This document shows positions 1-10,348 of a DNA stretch of 12,341 nt, one piece after another (the first letter of the stretch is position 1; the number at the start of each line of letters is the position of its first letter). Both the position numbers and the translations under genes were made by a program. Under the pieces are notes generated by a model, which was not told the origin of the DNA, made no database searches, and saw nothing but the letters and a program-made list of their open reading frames with translations. The stretch covers positions 1-12,341 of the forward strand of contig JAZBOO010000148.1 in the NCBI GenBank assembly GCA_036351155.1. Reading direction: 5' to 3'. Origin of the DNA: Candidatus Krumholzibacteriia bacterium. Lineage in GTDB: Bacteria > Krumholzibacteriota > Krumholzibacteriia > LZORAL124-64-63.

Positions 1-258
1 GTAAAGGAACAGTAAAGCCGCCAGGGCCTGGTTCTGGGTCGACGGGGCCACTTTGCGCTTGGTGGCCAGATAGCTCAGAAACTGCGTCACTTCCTTCTGC
101 CCCATGGTGGCCGGGTGCTGAGTGCCGGAGAATCTTATGTAGTCTTTGATCCAGCGGACATAGCTCTTCTCGGTGGCTTTGCTCAGGTGTTTCAGCTGGA
201 TCATCTCGTGCACGCGGTTCAGCAACCGCGGTTCGGCGGGAATGGAGGGCATGGCCAT
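1..258 (-). CDS. intI: Integron integrase (IntI-type tyrosine recombinase), N-terminal part only; gene runs off the left edge
   Basis: Manual translation from ATG 258 (alternative ATG 252): MAMPSIPAEPRLLNRVHEMIQLKHLSKATEKSYVRWIKDYIRFSGTQHPATMGQKEVTQFLSYLATKRKVAPSTQNQALAALLFLY. This follows the IntI N-terminal pattern (PRLL..., S..TE..Y..WI, HP..MG..EV..FL..LA..R.V..STQNQAL.ALLFLY). The catalytic domain and the IntI-specific insertion lie outside the window. Confidence 0.88.
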   Translation of the reverse strand, partial: MAMPSIPAEPRLLNRVHEMIQLKHLSKATEKSYVRWIKDYIRFSGTQHPATMGQKEVTQFLSYLATKRKVAPSTQNQALAALLFLY

Positions 259-346
259 TTTCCAGACCGGGAGGCTGGTGTGCTGTCGTCGTCCTCAAGC
301 CGACAGGGCAAAACACATACCGTTCCCGGGTACGAGCGGTATGAAT

Positions 347-380
347 AAAAAAACCACCGGCCCATGGGACCGGTGGCTTT
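347..380 (-). terminator. Rho-independent terminator downstream of gyrA
   Basis: Minus strand reads AAAG-CCACCGG-TCCCATGGG-CCGGTGG-TTTTTTT. Perfect 7-bp GC stem (354-360 / 370-376) followed by a 7-T run, starting about 20 nt after the gyrA stop. Confidence 0.85.
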
Positions 381-398
381 CACTCGAAACGGCAGAAT

Positions 399-3044
399 CT
401 AGTCGATGCTGTCCTCGGGCGGCGCTTCAGGCGTCTCTTCGACGTCGGTGTCCGTCACGGCGTCCACTTCCTCACCCTCGACAATCTCACCTTCCTCACC
501 ATTCTCACCACCAGGGATCTCCATCTCGGCCAGAGCCTTGGTGCTGATCTTGGCGATGCTGCCCACACTGTCCTTGCCCTTCAGGTTGATGATGCGCACA
601 CCCTGGGTGTTGCGACCCTGCTTGCTCACGTCGTCCAGGGCAATCCTGATCATGATGCCGCCACGGGTGATCACCATCAGCTCTTCGCCGTCGCGCACAT
701 CCCGGATCCCCATCAGAGGGCCATTCCGGTCGCTGCATTTGATGGTGATCAGGCCCTTGCCGCCACGGCGCTGGATCCGATAATCGTCCAGCGGCGTCCG
801 CTTGCCGTAACCGTTCTCGGTGATCGAAAGCAGGGTGCCGTCGTGGTCGTCCTGCCCCACCACCACCATGCCGATGACTTCCTGATCCCCGGTCAAGGCC
901 AGGCCGCGCACACCGCGGGCGGTCCGGCCCATGCTGCGGCAATCGGTTTCGTGGAAGCGAATGGCCAGGCCGCTGCTGCCGGCCATGATGATGTCGCTCT
1001 CCCCGTCGGTCACACGCGCGGCGATCAGGTGCTCGCCCTCGATCAGGCTGATGGCAATGATTCCCGCGTTGCGCACGTTGCTGAACGCCGTCAGCGGGGT
1101 CCGCTTGATGATGCCCTTGTTGGTCGCCATGGCCAGGTAGTGGTTCTCGCTGAACTCGCGCACCGACACCACGGCGTGGATCTTGTCCCCCGGCTGAATC
1201 TGGATCAGATTCACCAGCGGGCTGCCCTTGCTGGTCCGGCCGGCCTTGGGCAAGCGGTGCACCTTCAACCAGTGCAGACGCCCCTTCTCGGTCAGCACCA
1301 GCAGGTACTGATGGGTCGAGGCGATGAACAGGTTGTCCACGAAGTCCTCGTCCTTGGTGGACATGGCGGTGATGCCCTTGCCCCCACGCCCCTGCTGCCG
1401 GTAGGTGTCCAGGGGAATCCGCTTGGCGTAACCCTGGTTGCTGATCGTCACCACCATGGGCTCGTCGGCAATCAGGTCCTCGATATCGATTTCACCTTCG
1501 TCCTCGACGATGGTGGTGCGCCGCTCGTCGGCGTAGGCCGCCCGGACCTCGGCGATCTCGTCCCGGATTATCTGCAAGACCAGCTCCCGGCTGTCCAGGA
1601 TGGCCTTCAGTTCGGCGATACGCTGCATCAACGCCTGGTATTCGTCCTCGATCTTCTGGCGCTCCAGACCGGTCAACCGCGCCAGACGCAGGTCCAGAAT
1701 GGCCTGGGCCTGGATTTCCGACAGGCCGAAACGATCCATCAGGCCTGCCCGCGCCACGTCCACCGACTCGCTGGTCTTGATCAGTTCGACAATCTCGTCG
1801 ATGTTGTCCAGCGCGATGCGGTAACCCTCGAGAATGTGGGCCCGTTCTTCGGCTTTCCTCAGCTCGTACTGGGTACGGCGAATGACCACTTCCTCGCGGA
1901 AAGCCAGGAACTCCTCCATGGTCTCCTTGAGGTTCATGATCCGCGGCTGATGGTTCACCAGGGCCAGATTGATCACCCCGAAGGTGTTCTGCATCAGGGT
2001 GTGGGTGTACAGCTTGTTCAGAATGACCTGCGGGAACGCATCCTTCTTCAGGACGATGACGATGCGCATGCCCGAGCGATCGCTCTCGTCGCGCAGATCG
2101 CTGATGCCCTCGATGATCCCGGCGCGCACCAGGTTGGCGATCTTCTCGATCAGGGTCGCCTTGTTGACCTGGTAAGGCAGTTCGCTGACGATGATCTGAC
2201 TTTTCCCGTTGTCGAAAACCTCTGTCTCGGTCCGCGCGCGCACCACCACCCGGCCGCGGCCGGTCGTGATATAATCGATGATTCCCCGCCGCCCGTGGAT
2301 AATGCCGCCGGTGGGAAAATCCGGTCCATGCACGTACTGCAGCATGTCCTTGGGCTCGAGATCGGGGTTTTCCAGAATCGCCTCCAACCCATCGCAAACC
2401 TCGCCCATGTTGTGGGGCGGAATCTTGGTGGCCATGCCCACGGCAATACCGTCGGCACCGTTGACCAGCAGGTTGGGCACCTTCGAGGGCATCACCGAGG
2501 GCATCATGCGCGAACCATCGTAGTTCGGCACGAAATCCACGGTTTCCTTGTCCAGGTCGGTCATCACACTGGTGGCGTACTTGGTCAGCCGCGCCTCGGT
2601 GTACCTTTCGGCCGCCGCGCTGTCGCCGTCCACGGACCCGAAGTTCCCCTGGCCGTCGATCAGTGGGTAGCGCAGGCTGAAATCCTGGGCCATGCGCACC
2701 ATCGTGTCGTACACCGCGGCGGTCCCGTGAGGGTGGTAGTTACCCGTGGTGTCACCGGTGATCTTGGCCGACTTGCGGTACGGACGACCCGGCTGCAGGT
2801 TCAGGTCGTTCATGGCCGTCAACACGCGCCGGTGCACCGGCTTCAGACCATCGCGCACATCGGGCAAGGCACGGCTGATGATGACGCTCATGGAATATTC
2901 CAGGGACGACGTCCGCATCTTTTCCGTGATGCTCGCGCTGTTGATCGTTTCACCGGACAAGTTGGGGACTGCTCCGCCTTCGGGCGTTTGCGCGTCATCC
3001 TGCTCGTTCAGGTCGTCATCGTTGTTGATCTTGTCGTCAGACAT
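399..3044 (-). CDS. gyrA: DNA gyrase subunit A (881 aa)
   Basis: Motifs [32 protein letters not shown] and catalytic RYTEARL (Y148). The C-terminal beta-pinwheel has a GyrA-box (QGRGGKG, also QRRGGKG) and an acidic tail, indicating gyrase rather than ParC. Follows gyrB. Confidence 0.98.
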   Translation of the reverse strand: MSDDKINNDDDLNEQDDAQTPEGGAVPNLSGETINSASITEKMRTSSLEYSMSVIISRALPDVRDGLKPVHRRVLTAMNDLNLQPGRPYRKSAKITGDTTGNYHPHGTAAVYDTMVRMAQDFSLRYPLIDGQGNFGSVDGDSAAAERYTEARLTKYATSVMTDLDKETVDFVPNYDGSRMMPSVMPSKVPNLLVNGADGIAVGMATKIPPHNMGEVCDGLEAILENPDLEPKDMLQYVHGPDFPTGGIIHGRRGIIDYITTGRGRVVVRARTETEVFDNGKSQIIVSELPYQVNKATLIEKIANLVRAGIIEGISDLRDESDRSGMRIVIVLKKDAFPQVILNKLYTHTLMQNTFGVINLALVNHQPRIMNLKETMEEFLAFREEVVIRRTQYELRKAEERAHILEGYRIALDNIDEIVELIKTSESVDVARAGLMDRFGLSEIQAQAILDLRLARLTGLERQKIEDEYQALMQRIAELKAILDSRELVLQIIRDEIAEVRAAYADERRTTIVEDEGEIDIEDLIADEPMVVTISNQGYAKRIPLDTYRQQGRGGKGITAMSTKDEDFVDNLFIASTHQYLLVLTEKGRLHWLKVHRLPKAGRTSKGSPLVNLIQIQPGDKIHAVVSVREFSENHYLAMATNKGIIKRTPLTAFSNVRNAGIIAISLIEGEHLIAARVTDGESDIIMAGSSGLAIRFHETDCRSMGRTARGVRGLALTGDQEVIGMVVVGQDDHDGTLLSITENGYGKRTPLDDYRIQRRGGKGLITIKCSDRNGPLMGIRDVRDGEELMVITRGGIMIRIALDDVSKQGRNTQGVRIINLKGKDSVGSIAKISTKALAEMEIPGGENGEEGEIVEGEEVDAVTDTDVEETPEAPPEDSID

Positions 3045-3059
3045 TCCTGTTCCTTTGAT

Positions 3060-5353
<2,294 letters not shown>

Positions 5354-5376
5354 GTGGCGCGACAGCTCCTTCTTGG

Positions 5377-6573
5377 TCAGGTCACCTCGTTCAAGGCGCC
5401 TGATTCCACGTTCCAGATTTTCATTTCATCAGGATGCCAGCCGTCAACGTCTTCCTTGCGCGCCGTGGCAATGAACACCTGATGCAGGCGTGAGGCCAGT
5501 TCCTGCAAGCGAAGTGTCCGTTCCCGATCCAGTTCGCTGAAGATGTCGTCGAAGAATAGAACCGGCCGGATCCGACGCCTGGCGAACAGAGCATCGCTGC
5601 GGGCCAGGATCAAGGAAATGGCGGCGGTCCGGGTCTCGCCCTGGGATCCGTAGACCCTCAGATCGAGCCCTTTTTCCGGTGGCTGGAACCGCCGATTCAG
5701 CAAAACGGCAAAATCGTCCAGTTGCGGGCCGGAAAGGGGTCTTCCGCGCTTCATTTCCGATCCCCTAATATAATCAATTTCCTGGTAAATTACCCCCTCC
5801 AAATGCTCTTTTTCGGGGAGTTTTTTCAGGGGAATATCCCGGTCCGATTCCAGCAGATTTCTCACCGATTCCAGCTGGGGACGATAGCGGAAAACCAGAT
5901 CGTCCTCCTGGTCCGTCAAGGCCCGTTGACTCTCGGCGGCATGAGGTGTCAACAGGCGGGCATAGTCCTGCCGTCCCAGACATACGACCGCCGCATGGGT
6001 GGCCAGTTCCCGGTTCCAGGCCCGCAGTTCCTCTTCGGTCTTGGCTGGGTTGGTCAGACCCAGCTTGTACTTCCGGAGGAGGCCGCTTTTCTGCTTCAGG
6101 GTGCGTTGCAGGGAGGTCAGGGCCGCCAGGTACAGAGGATCCACCTCGGCCATGCCCTGGTCCACGAAGCTGCGCCTTTCCTGAGGCCCCCCTCGCACCA
6201 GCTGAATGCTGTCGGGATTGAAAAAGACCGTGGCCAGGCGGCCCACCAGATCGGCCCGTCGGCGCACCGCCTCGCCATCCAGGCGAAAGCGGCGTCCCCC
6301 TTGCCTGTCCAGGCCGAACTCGCAGGGCAGAACATTGCCCGACTCCTCCTCCACCTCCAGCTGGACGTGCAGGGCTTCGTGGTCGAACCCGATCAATTCC
6401 TCGTTTTTGCTGCCACGGTGAGAGCGGCCCAGGCTGAAGTAGTTCAGGGCCTCGAGAAAATTGGTCTTCCCCTCACCATTTCGCCCCAGGACAAGGTTGA
6501 CCCGGGGCGAAAAAGTGAAGGCGGCCTCTTGAAGGTTTCGAAAACCGCGAAGTTTGAGACTGACGATGCGCAC
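5377..6573 (-). CDS. recF: DNA replication/repair protein RecF (398 aa, GTG start)
   Basis: Motifs L.GFRN, Walker A GRNGEGKTN, GGPQERRSFVD, GSQG and Walker B/D-loop VLFFDDIFSELD. Lies directly after dnaN. Confidence 0.95.
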   Translation of the reverse strand: MRIVSLKLRGFRNLQEAAFTFSPRVNLVLGRNGEGKTNFLEALNYFSLGRSHRGSKNEELIGFDHEALHVQLEVEEESGNVLPCEFGLDRQGGRRFRLDGEAVRRRADLVGRLATVFFNPDSIQLVRGGPQERRSFVDQGMAEVDPLYLAALTSLQRTLKQKSGLLRKYKLGLTNPAKTEEELRAWNRELATHAAVVCLGRQDYARLLTPHAAESQRALTDQEDDLVFRYRPQLESVRNLLESDRDIPLKKLPEKEHLEGVIYQEIDYIRGSEMKRGRPLSGPQLDDFAVLLNRRFQPPEKGLDLRVYGSQGETRTAAISLILARSDALFARRRIRPVLFFDDIFSELDRERTLRLQELASRLHQVFIATARKEDVDGWHPDEMKIWNVESGALNEVT

Positions 6574-6595
6574 GTTGCTCGCCCTGGTTAGGGAT

Positions 6596-7735
6596 TTAGT
6601 CCCCGGCCAGCCGCAAGGGCATCAGAAGGCAAAGCAGTCCGGTCTCCTCGCCCTCTTCGGTCACCGGCTTGATCAGGGCGGCGCTCTGGGCATCGCGCAT
6701 GGACAGGATCACCGTCTCGGCCTTGATGTTCTTCAGGATATCCTGGAGGTAGCTGTAGTTGAAGCCGATCTCCATGGCGTCGCCCTCGTACCCCACGGCG
6801 ATCTCATCCTCGGACTGGCTGCCCTCGGTGCCCTTGGCGGTCAGCTCCATGCGCCCGCTTTCCACCCCCAGGCGAATCTGGCTGGTGATGCGGTCGGCGG
6901 TGATGCTCACCCGGCGAATGGCCTGGGCGAAATCGCCCTTGTCCACCGTCAGATCCTTGTCGTTGTCCTTGGGAATCACGGCGTTGTAATCGGGGAAGGG
7001 TCCCTCCAGCAGACGGGCATGCAGAACGGTGGGCCCGGCCTTGAAGCTCAGCTGGTTGTCCCCGATGTACATGGTGACATTACCCGAGGCCTCCTCGTCT
7101 TCCTTGAAGCTGCCCACGATGCGGGGCAACTGGCGCAGGCCGGCCGTATCGACAATCAGATCCTTGTCACCGGGAATTTCCCATTGCATGGAGCGACGGC
7201 TTCGGGCCAGGCGGTGGGCATCGGTGGCCACCAGGGTCAGGGTTTTTTCCCGGATTTCCCAGAGAATACCCATCAGGGCGGGGCGCGTCTCATCACGGCT
7301 CACCGAGTAGCTGGTCTCGTTGATCATTTCGATCAGCAGCGCAGCCTCGATATCCAGCCCGTTCTTGGCTTCCAGTTCCTTGAGCGTGGGGTACTCTTCC
7401 ACGTTCATGGTGTTCTCGGTGAGGCGGGACTTGCCGGAGTCCAGCCGAATCTGCTCACCGGTCTGGGCCAGGGTGACCTTGCCCGAACGCAGGCTGCGCA
7501 CGAAGGGCACGAACTTGGTGGCGGGAATGGCCACCTTGCCCTCATCCTTGATCTCGACCTTGTCGGTGGAAGTGGTGATGGAGATATCCAGGTTGGTGGC
7601 GGAAAGATGCAGTCGGCCGCCCTTGGCTTCCATCAGAACGCAGGTCAGGATGGGCAGGGTGGTTTTGGCGGGCACCACGTTGGCGATGACATCCAGGGCC
7701 TTCTGCAGTTCTTCCTGCTGGATTTCGAATTTCAC
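6596..7735 (-). CDS. dnaN: DNA polymerase III beta sliding clamp (379 aa)
   Basis: MKFEI...LPILTCVL, LSATNLD, ETRPALMG, VATDAHRLA, RLLEGPFPDY, IGFNYSYL, LLMPLRL. Start set at GTG 7735 with GGAGG (7743-7747) 7 nt upstream, rather than TTG 7753. Confidence 0.97.
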   Translation of the reverse strand: MKFEIQQEELQKALDVIANVVPAKTTLPILTCVLMEAKGGRLHLSATNLDISITTSTDKVEIKDEGKVAIPATKFVPFVRSLRSGKVTLAQTGEQIRLDSGKSRLTENTMNVEEYPTLKELEAKNGLDIEAALLIEMINETSYSVSRDETRPALMGILWEIREKTLTLVATDAHRLARSRRSMQWEIPGDKDLIVDTAGLRQLPRIVGSFKEDEEASGNVTMYIGDNQLSFKAGPTVLHARLLEGPFPDYNAVIPKDNDKDLTVDKGDFAQAIRRVSITADRITSQIRLGVESGRMELTAKGTEGSQSEDEIAVGYEGDAMEIGFNYSYLQDILKNIKAETVILSMRDAQSAALIKPVTEEGEETGLLCLLMPLRLAGD

Positions 7736-7855
7736 TTCCGGTCCTCCGGTCAAGGGGGTCTTGAAAGGGGTGATGAGCAGAGCCTAGTGTTCTGTTCAAG
7801 GATGGCCATGATAGGAGATCGCTCGCCTCCAGGCAAGTCTCCGTTGTCTCCCTCC

Positions 7856-7916
7856 TATATTCTAGTTTATAGATAAAAATAGCTGTAGATACAGGGGTGG
7901 GGGACAATGTGGATAA
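7856..7916 (-). promoter_or_regulatory. Putative oriC unwinding module: tandem DnaA boxes, GC spacer, DnaA-trio-like repeats, AT-rich stretch
   Basis: Minus strand reads TTATCCACA (7916-7908, perfect), TTGTCCCCC (7907-7899), ACCC, then CTG TAT CTA CAG CTA TTT TTA and an AT-rich tail. Same order and dnaN-proximal position as the Bacillus subtilis basal unwinding system. Confidence 0.7.
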
Positions 7917-8092
7917 CCAGGTGAACAAGGTATTTGCCTGTCACGCCAGGAGGTTATCCGGGTTTTGGTCATGGGGATAAAGCCCGGATAAAACAGGGAG
8001 TTACCCACCGTTTCCCCACAGGGTGAAAAACCCTCCCCGATTGTCCCTGACTGTGGACAAGATATCCCCTGTTATCCCCAGGGTTGTCCCCT
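7899..8092. promoter_or_regulatory. oriC DnaA-box cluster between dnaA and dnaN
   Basis: TGTGGATAA 7908-7916, TGGGGATAA 7972-7980, TTACCCACC 8001-8009, TTCCCCACA 8012-8020, GGTGAAAAA 8022-8030, TGTGGACAA 8052-8060, TTATCCCCA 8072-8080, TTGTCCCCT 8084-8092, all within a 442-bp non-coding spacer. Confidence 0.88.
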
Positions 8093-8177
8093 GTCTTCCG
8101 GCTTAAAAATTGACAAAATAACCCGATAACACCTTGTCGATCAGTGCTTTATCCTGGCGGAAAACTTTCCGGGAAGG

Positions 8178-9692
8178 TTACTTTTTGTTCTGGATTTTGT
8201 CCTGGATATCACGGACGAATCCCCGGAACCGGGGATCGGTCTTGGTCTCGCCACTGATCTTCTGACAGGCATGGGAAACGGTGGAGTGGTCCCGACCCCC
8301 GAAGGCCCGCCCGATCTGATTCAGGGAGGCTCCGGTCATCTCTCGAGCCAGGAACATCGCGATCTGACGGGCCCGGGCCAGGTCCTGGGTGCGTCTTTTG
8401 GACTTGAGTTGATCGACGGTCACGTCGTGGGCATCGGCCACCACGGTCATGACATCGGCGATCTTCACAGGCCCGGTTGAACTTCCCTGGAAAAAGGAGG
8501 AGAGAACCTCGGAGGCCATTTCCAGCGAAATTTCACGCCCGGTCAGACTCGCGAAAGCCAGGAGGCGGATGAGCGCCCCCTCAAGTCGGCGGATATTGTC
8601 GGTAATATTATCGGCGATGTAGGTGATCACATCGTCGGTAATATAGATCTTGTTGACGTCGATCTTGCGCTTGAGGATGGCAATACGGGTTTCCAGGTTA
8701 GGGGGCTGGATATCCGTGATCAATCCCCACTCGAACCGTGAACGCAAGCGCTCTTCCAGCGTGGTGATCTCCTTGGGGGAGCGGTCGCTGGTCAGCACGA
8801 TCTGCTTTTTTACGTCGTAAAGCGCGTTAAACGTATGAAAGAACTCTTCTTGCGTGCTTTCCTTGCCGGCCAGGAAGGCCACATCATCCACCAGCAGAAC
8901 ATCGACACTGCGGTACTTCAGCTTGAAGTCGGGGGTGCGGTTGTCCCGGATGGAACCGATCAGATCGTTCATGAAGTGCTCGGCCGTGACGTAACAGATC
9001 TTCTTCTCGGGATGCTGCCGCCCAATTTCATTACCGATGGCCTGCATGAGGTGGGTTTTTCCCAGCCCGGTGCTCCCGTGAATGAAAAGCGGGTTGAAAT
9101 GGCTGCCCGGATTGTTGGCGATGGCCGTGGCGGCGGCAAAGACCAGGTCGGTCCCCGACCCGATCACGAAATTCCCGAACGTGTAGTCGGGATTCAGATT
9201 GCTGATGGTGGTGGAGCGCACGGGAGCGGAAAGGTGGCTGTCCAGAGGGAGCAATTCCCTGTCCATCACGGCGGCCCGGTGAGGCCTGTTAGAAGCGAGA
9301 TCCCCCGGACCGGGCGAAAGTCCGGGGGATCCGGATGATCCGGATGATCCGGATGAATTGGGGCGATCTTGAGCAGGGGAGAGGCTGTCCTGGAACTCTC
9401 CGGGAAGCAAATCTCCCAGCAAATCATGGGAACCCACGATGGGCTTTTTCTCCACAGCCAGGGAAAAAAGGACATTTTTCCCGAAATAAGCCGAACCCGC
9501 CTCGTTCAGAACCGAAAGGTGATGTTCACTGAACCAGTCCATGAAAAAATGATTGGGACAGGAAACGCCATAGACGCCGTTTTTCCGGTTGTCGGGTTGG
9601 AGGGGAAGAAACCAGGTATTGAAGGTTTGTTGCGGAACCTTCTGGCGTACAACATCCAGAATTTCAGGCCAGTATGTGTCCAGGTTAGCCAT
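8178..9692 (-). CDS. dnaA: Chromosomal replication initiator DnaA (504 aa)
   Basis: Domain I (W..IL...TFNTWF...PNHF..DW), long domain II linker, AAA+ domain (LNPDYTF.NFV.G, NPLFIHGSTGLGKTHL, LLVDD, TQEEFFHTFN, LRSRFEWGL) and domain IV (ARQIAMFL, FGGRDHSTV.HA). Confidence 0.98.
   Translation of the reverse strand: MANLDTYWPEILDVVRQKVPQQTFNTWFLPLQPDNRKNGVYGVSCPNHFFMDWFSEHHLSVLNEAGSAYFGKNVLFSLAVEKKPIVGSHDLLGDLLPGEFQDSLSPAQDRPNSSGSSGSSGSPGLSPGPGDLASNRPHRAAVMDRELLPLDSHLSAPVRSTTISNLNPDYTFGNFVIGSGTDLVFAAATAIANNPGSHFNPLFIHGSTGLGKTHLMQAIGNEIGRQHPEKKICYVTAEHFMNDLIGSIRDNRTPDFKLKYRSVDVLLVDDVAFLAGKESTQEEFFHTFNALYDVKKQIVLTSDRSPKEITTLEERLRSRFEWGLITDIQPPNLETRIAILKRKIDVNKIYITDDVITYIADNITDNIRRLEGALIRLLAFASLTGREISLEMASEVLSSFFQGSSTGPVKIADVMTVVADAHDVTVDQLKSKRRTQDLARARQIAMFLAREMTGASLNQIGRAFGGRDHSTVSHACQKISGETKTDPRFRGFVRDIQDKIQNKK
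9328..9356. repeat. 9-bp tandem repeat (GATCCGGAT x3 plus GA) encoding SSG-SSG-SSG in the DnaA domain II linker
   Basis: Exact units at 9328-9336, 9337-9345 and 9346-9354. Confidence 0.9.
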
Positions 9693-9739
9693 GGAGTTGG
9701 AAATCTGGCCTTTCGGAAATTCAGTTGAAGCCCAAAGTT

Positions 9740-10077
9740 TTACGCACAGTTATCCACAAAACAAAAACAACATAAACAAAAGAAAGTAAACCAGTTAAAT
9801 TGTGTTTTAGCCCGGGGAGAAAAAGTTATCCACAAATCAGCGAAAATGGGGATAACAAAAAATCCTCTCGTGTGGGTTATCGTCAGGTGGGTGAAACTAG
9901 CATGGTGCCCTGGGGCCAGCAAGAGATTTTTTCCCGAGGATCGGTGGATTTCTCTAACTCTATATTTTACGAAAAATTAAATATTTTCAGGCCCCTGGCG
10001 CTTTCCTGCTCCCGGAAAGCCGGCAATATTTATGTCTATTTTTTTGGACAGCAGAGAGTTCGGGATCGTGTGGATAA
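9740..10077. promoter_or_regulatory. DnaA-box cluster in the dnaA-rpmH divergent promoter region (second oriC half and/or dnaA autoregulation)
   Basis: Perfect TTATCCACA at 9750-9758 and 9826-9834, perfect TGTGGATAA at 10069-10077, plus TGGGGATAA 9847-9855 and TTACGCACA 9740-9748, in AT-rich non-coding DNA. Confidence 0.85.
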
Positions 10078-10091
10078 CCGGGGTGTTTTTC

Positions 10092-10120
10092 TTGACATTA
10101 ACCCACCACTTCATTAACCT
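10092..10120 (+). promoter_or_regulatory. Sigma70-type promoter of the rpmH-rnpA-yidD-yidC operon
   Basis: TTGACA (10092-10097), 17-nt spacer, TAACCT (10115-10120), 39 nt before the rpmH start. A perfect DnaA box ends 14 nt upstream of the -35. Confidence 0.75.
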
Positions 10121-10159
10121 TTCCCGGCTGAACTTACGAAACCTTTGAAGGAGAGATCC

Positions 10160-10294
10160 GTGAAGCGGACATTTCAACCCAGCAATCTCAAGCGAGCTCA
10201 TCGCCACGGCTTCCGCAAGCGGATGTCCACCAAGGCGGGTCGACTGGTGCTCAAGCGTCGTCGGGCCAAGGGCCGGAAGCGTATTTCTGCTTGA
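10160..10294 (+). CDS. rpmH: 50S ribosomal protein L34 (44 aa; absent from the ORF track)
   Basis: GTG start, [52 protein letters not shown] at 10148-10153. Confidence 0.98.
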   Translation: MKRTFQPSNLKRAHRHGFRKRMSTKAGRLVLKRRRAKGRKRISA

Positions 10295-10348
10295 AATACC
10301 TGAACGAGACCGCATTTGCCCCTGCGCTTCGAAAGAAGGCAGCAACTC

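Noticed and set aside
283..306. CTGT...ACAG as a gamma/betaproteobacterial LexA box
   Set aside because: The spacer is 16 nt, not 8. Kept only as a generic inverted repeat.
115..547. Plus-strand ORFs 115-348 and 173-547
   Set aside because: Antisense to intI and gyrA, and the longer one crosses the terminator. No coding signal.
7750..7809. 19-codon upstream ORF (MAILEQNTRLCSSPLSRPP) in the dnaN leader
   Set aside because: The SD is poorly spaced and the length is within chance expectation. No other support.
5722..7876. Plus-strand ORFs of 289 aa and 440 aa
   Set aside because: Antisense shadows of recF and dnaN.
8110..8140. Perfect TTGACA on the plus strand (possible promoter antisense to dnaA)
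   Set aside because: No plausible -10 at 16-18 nt spacing.
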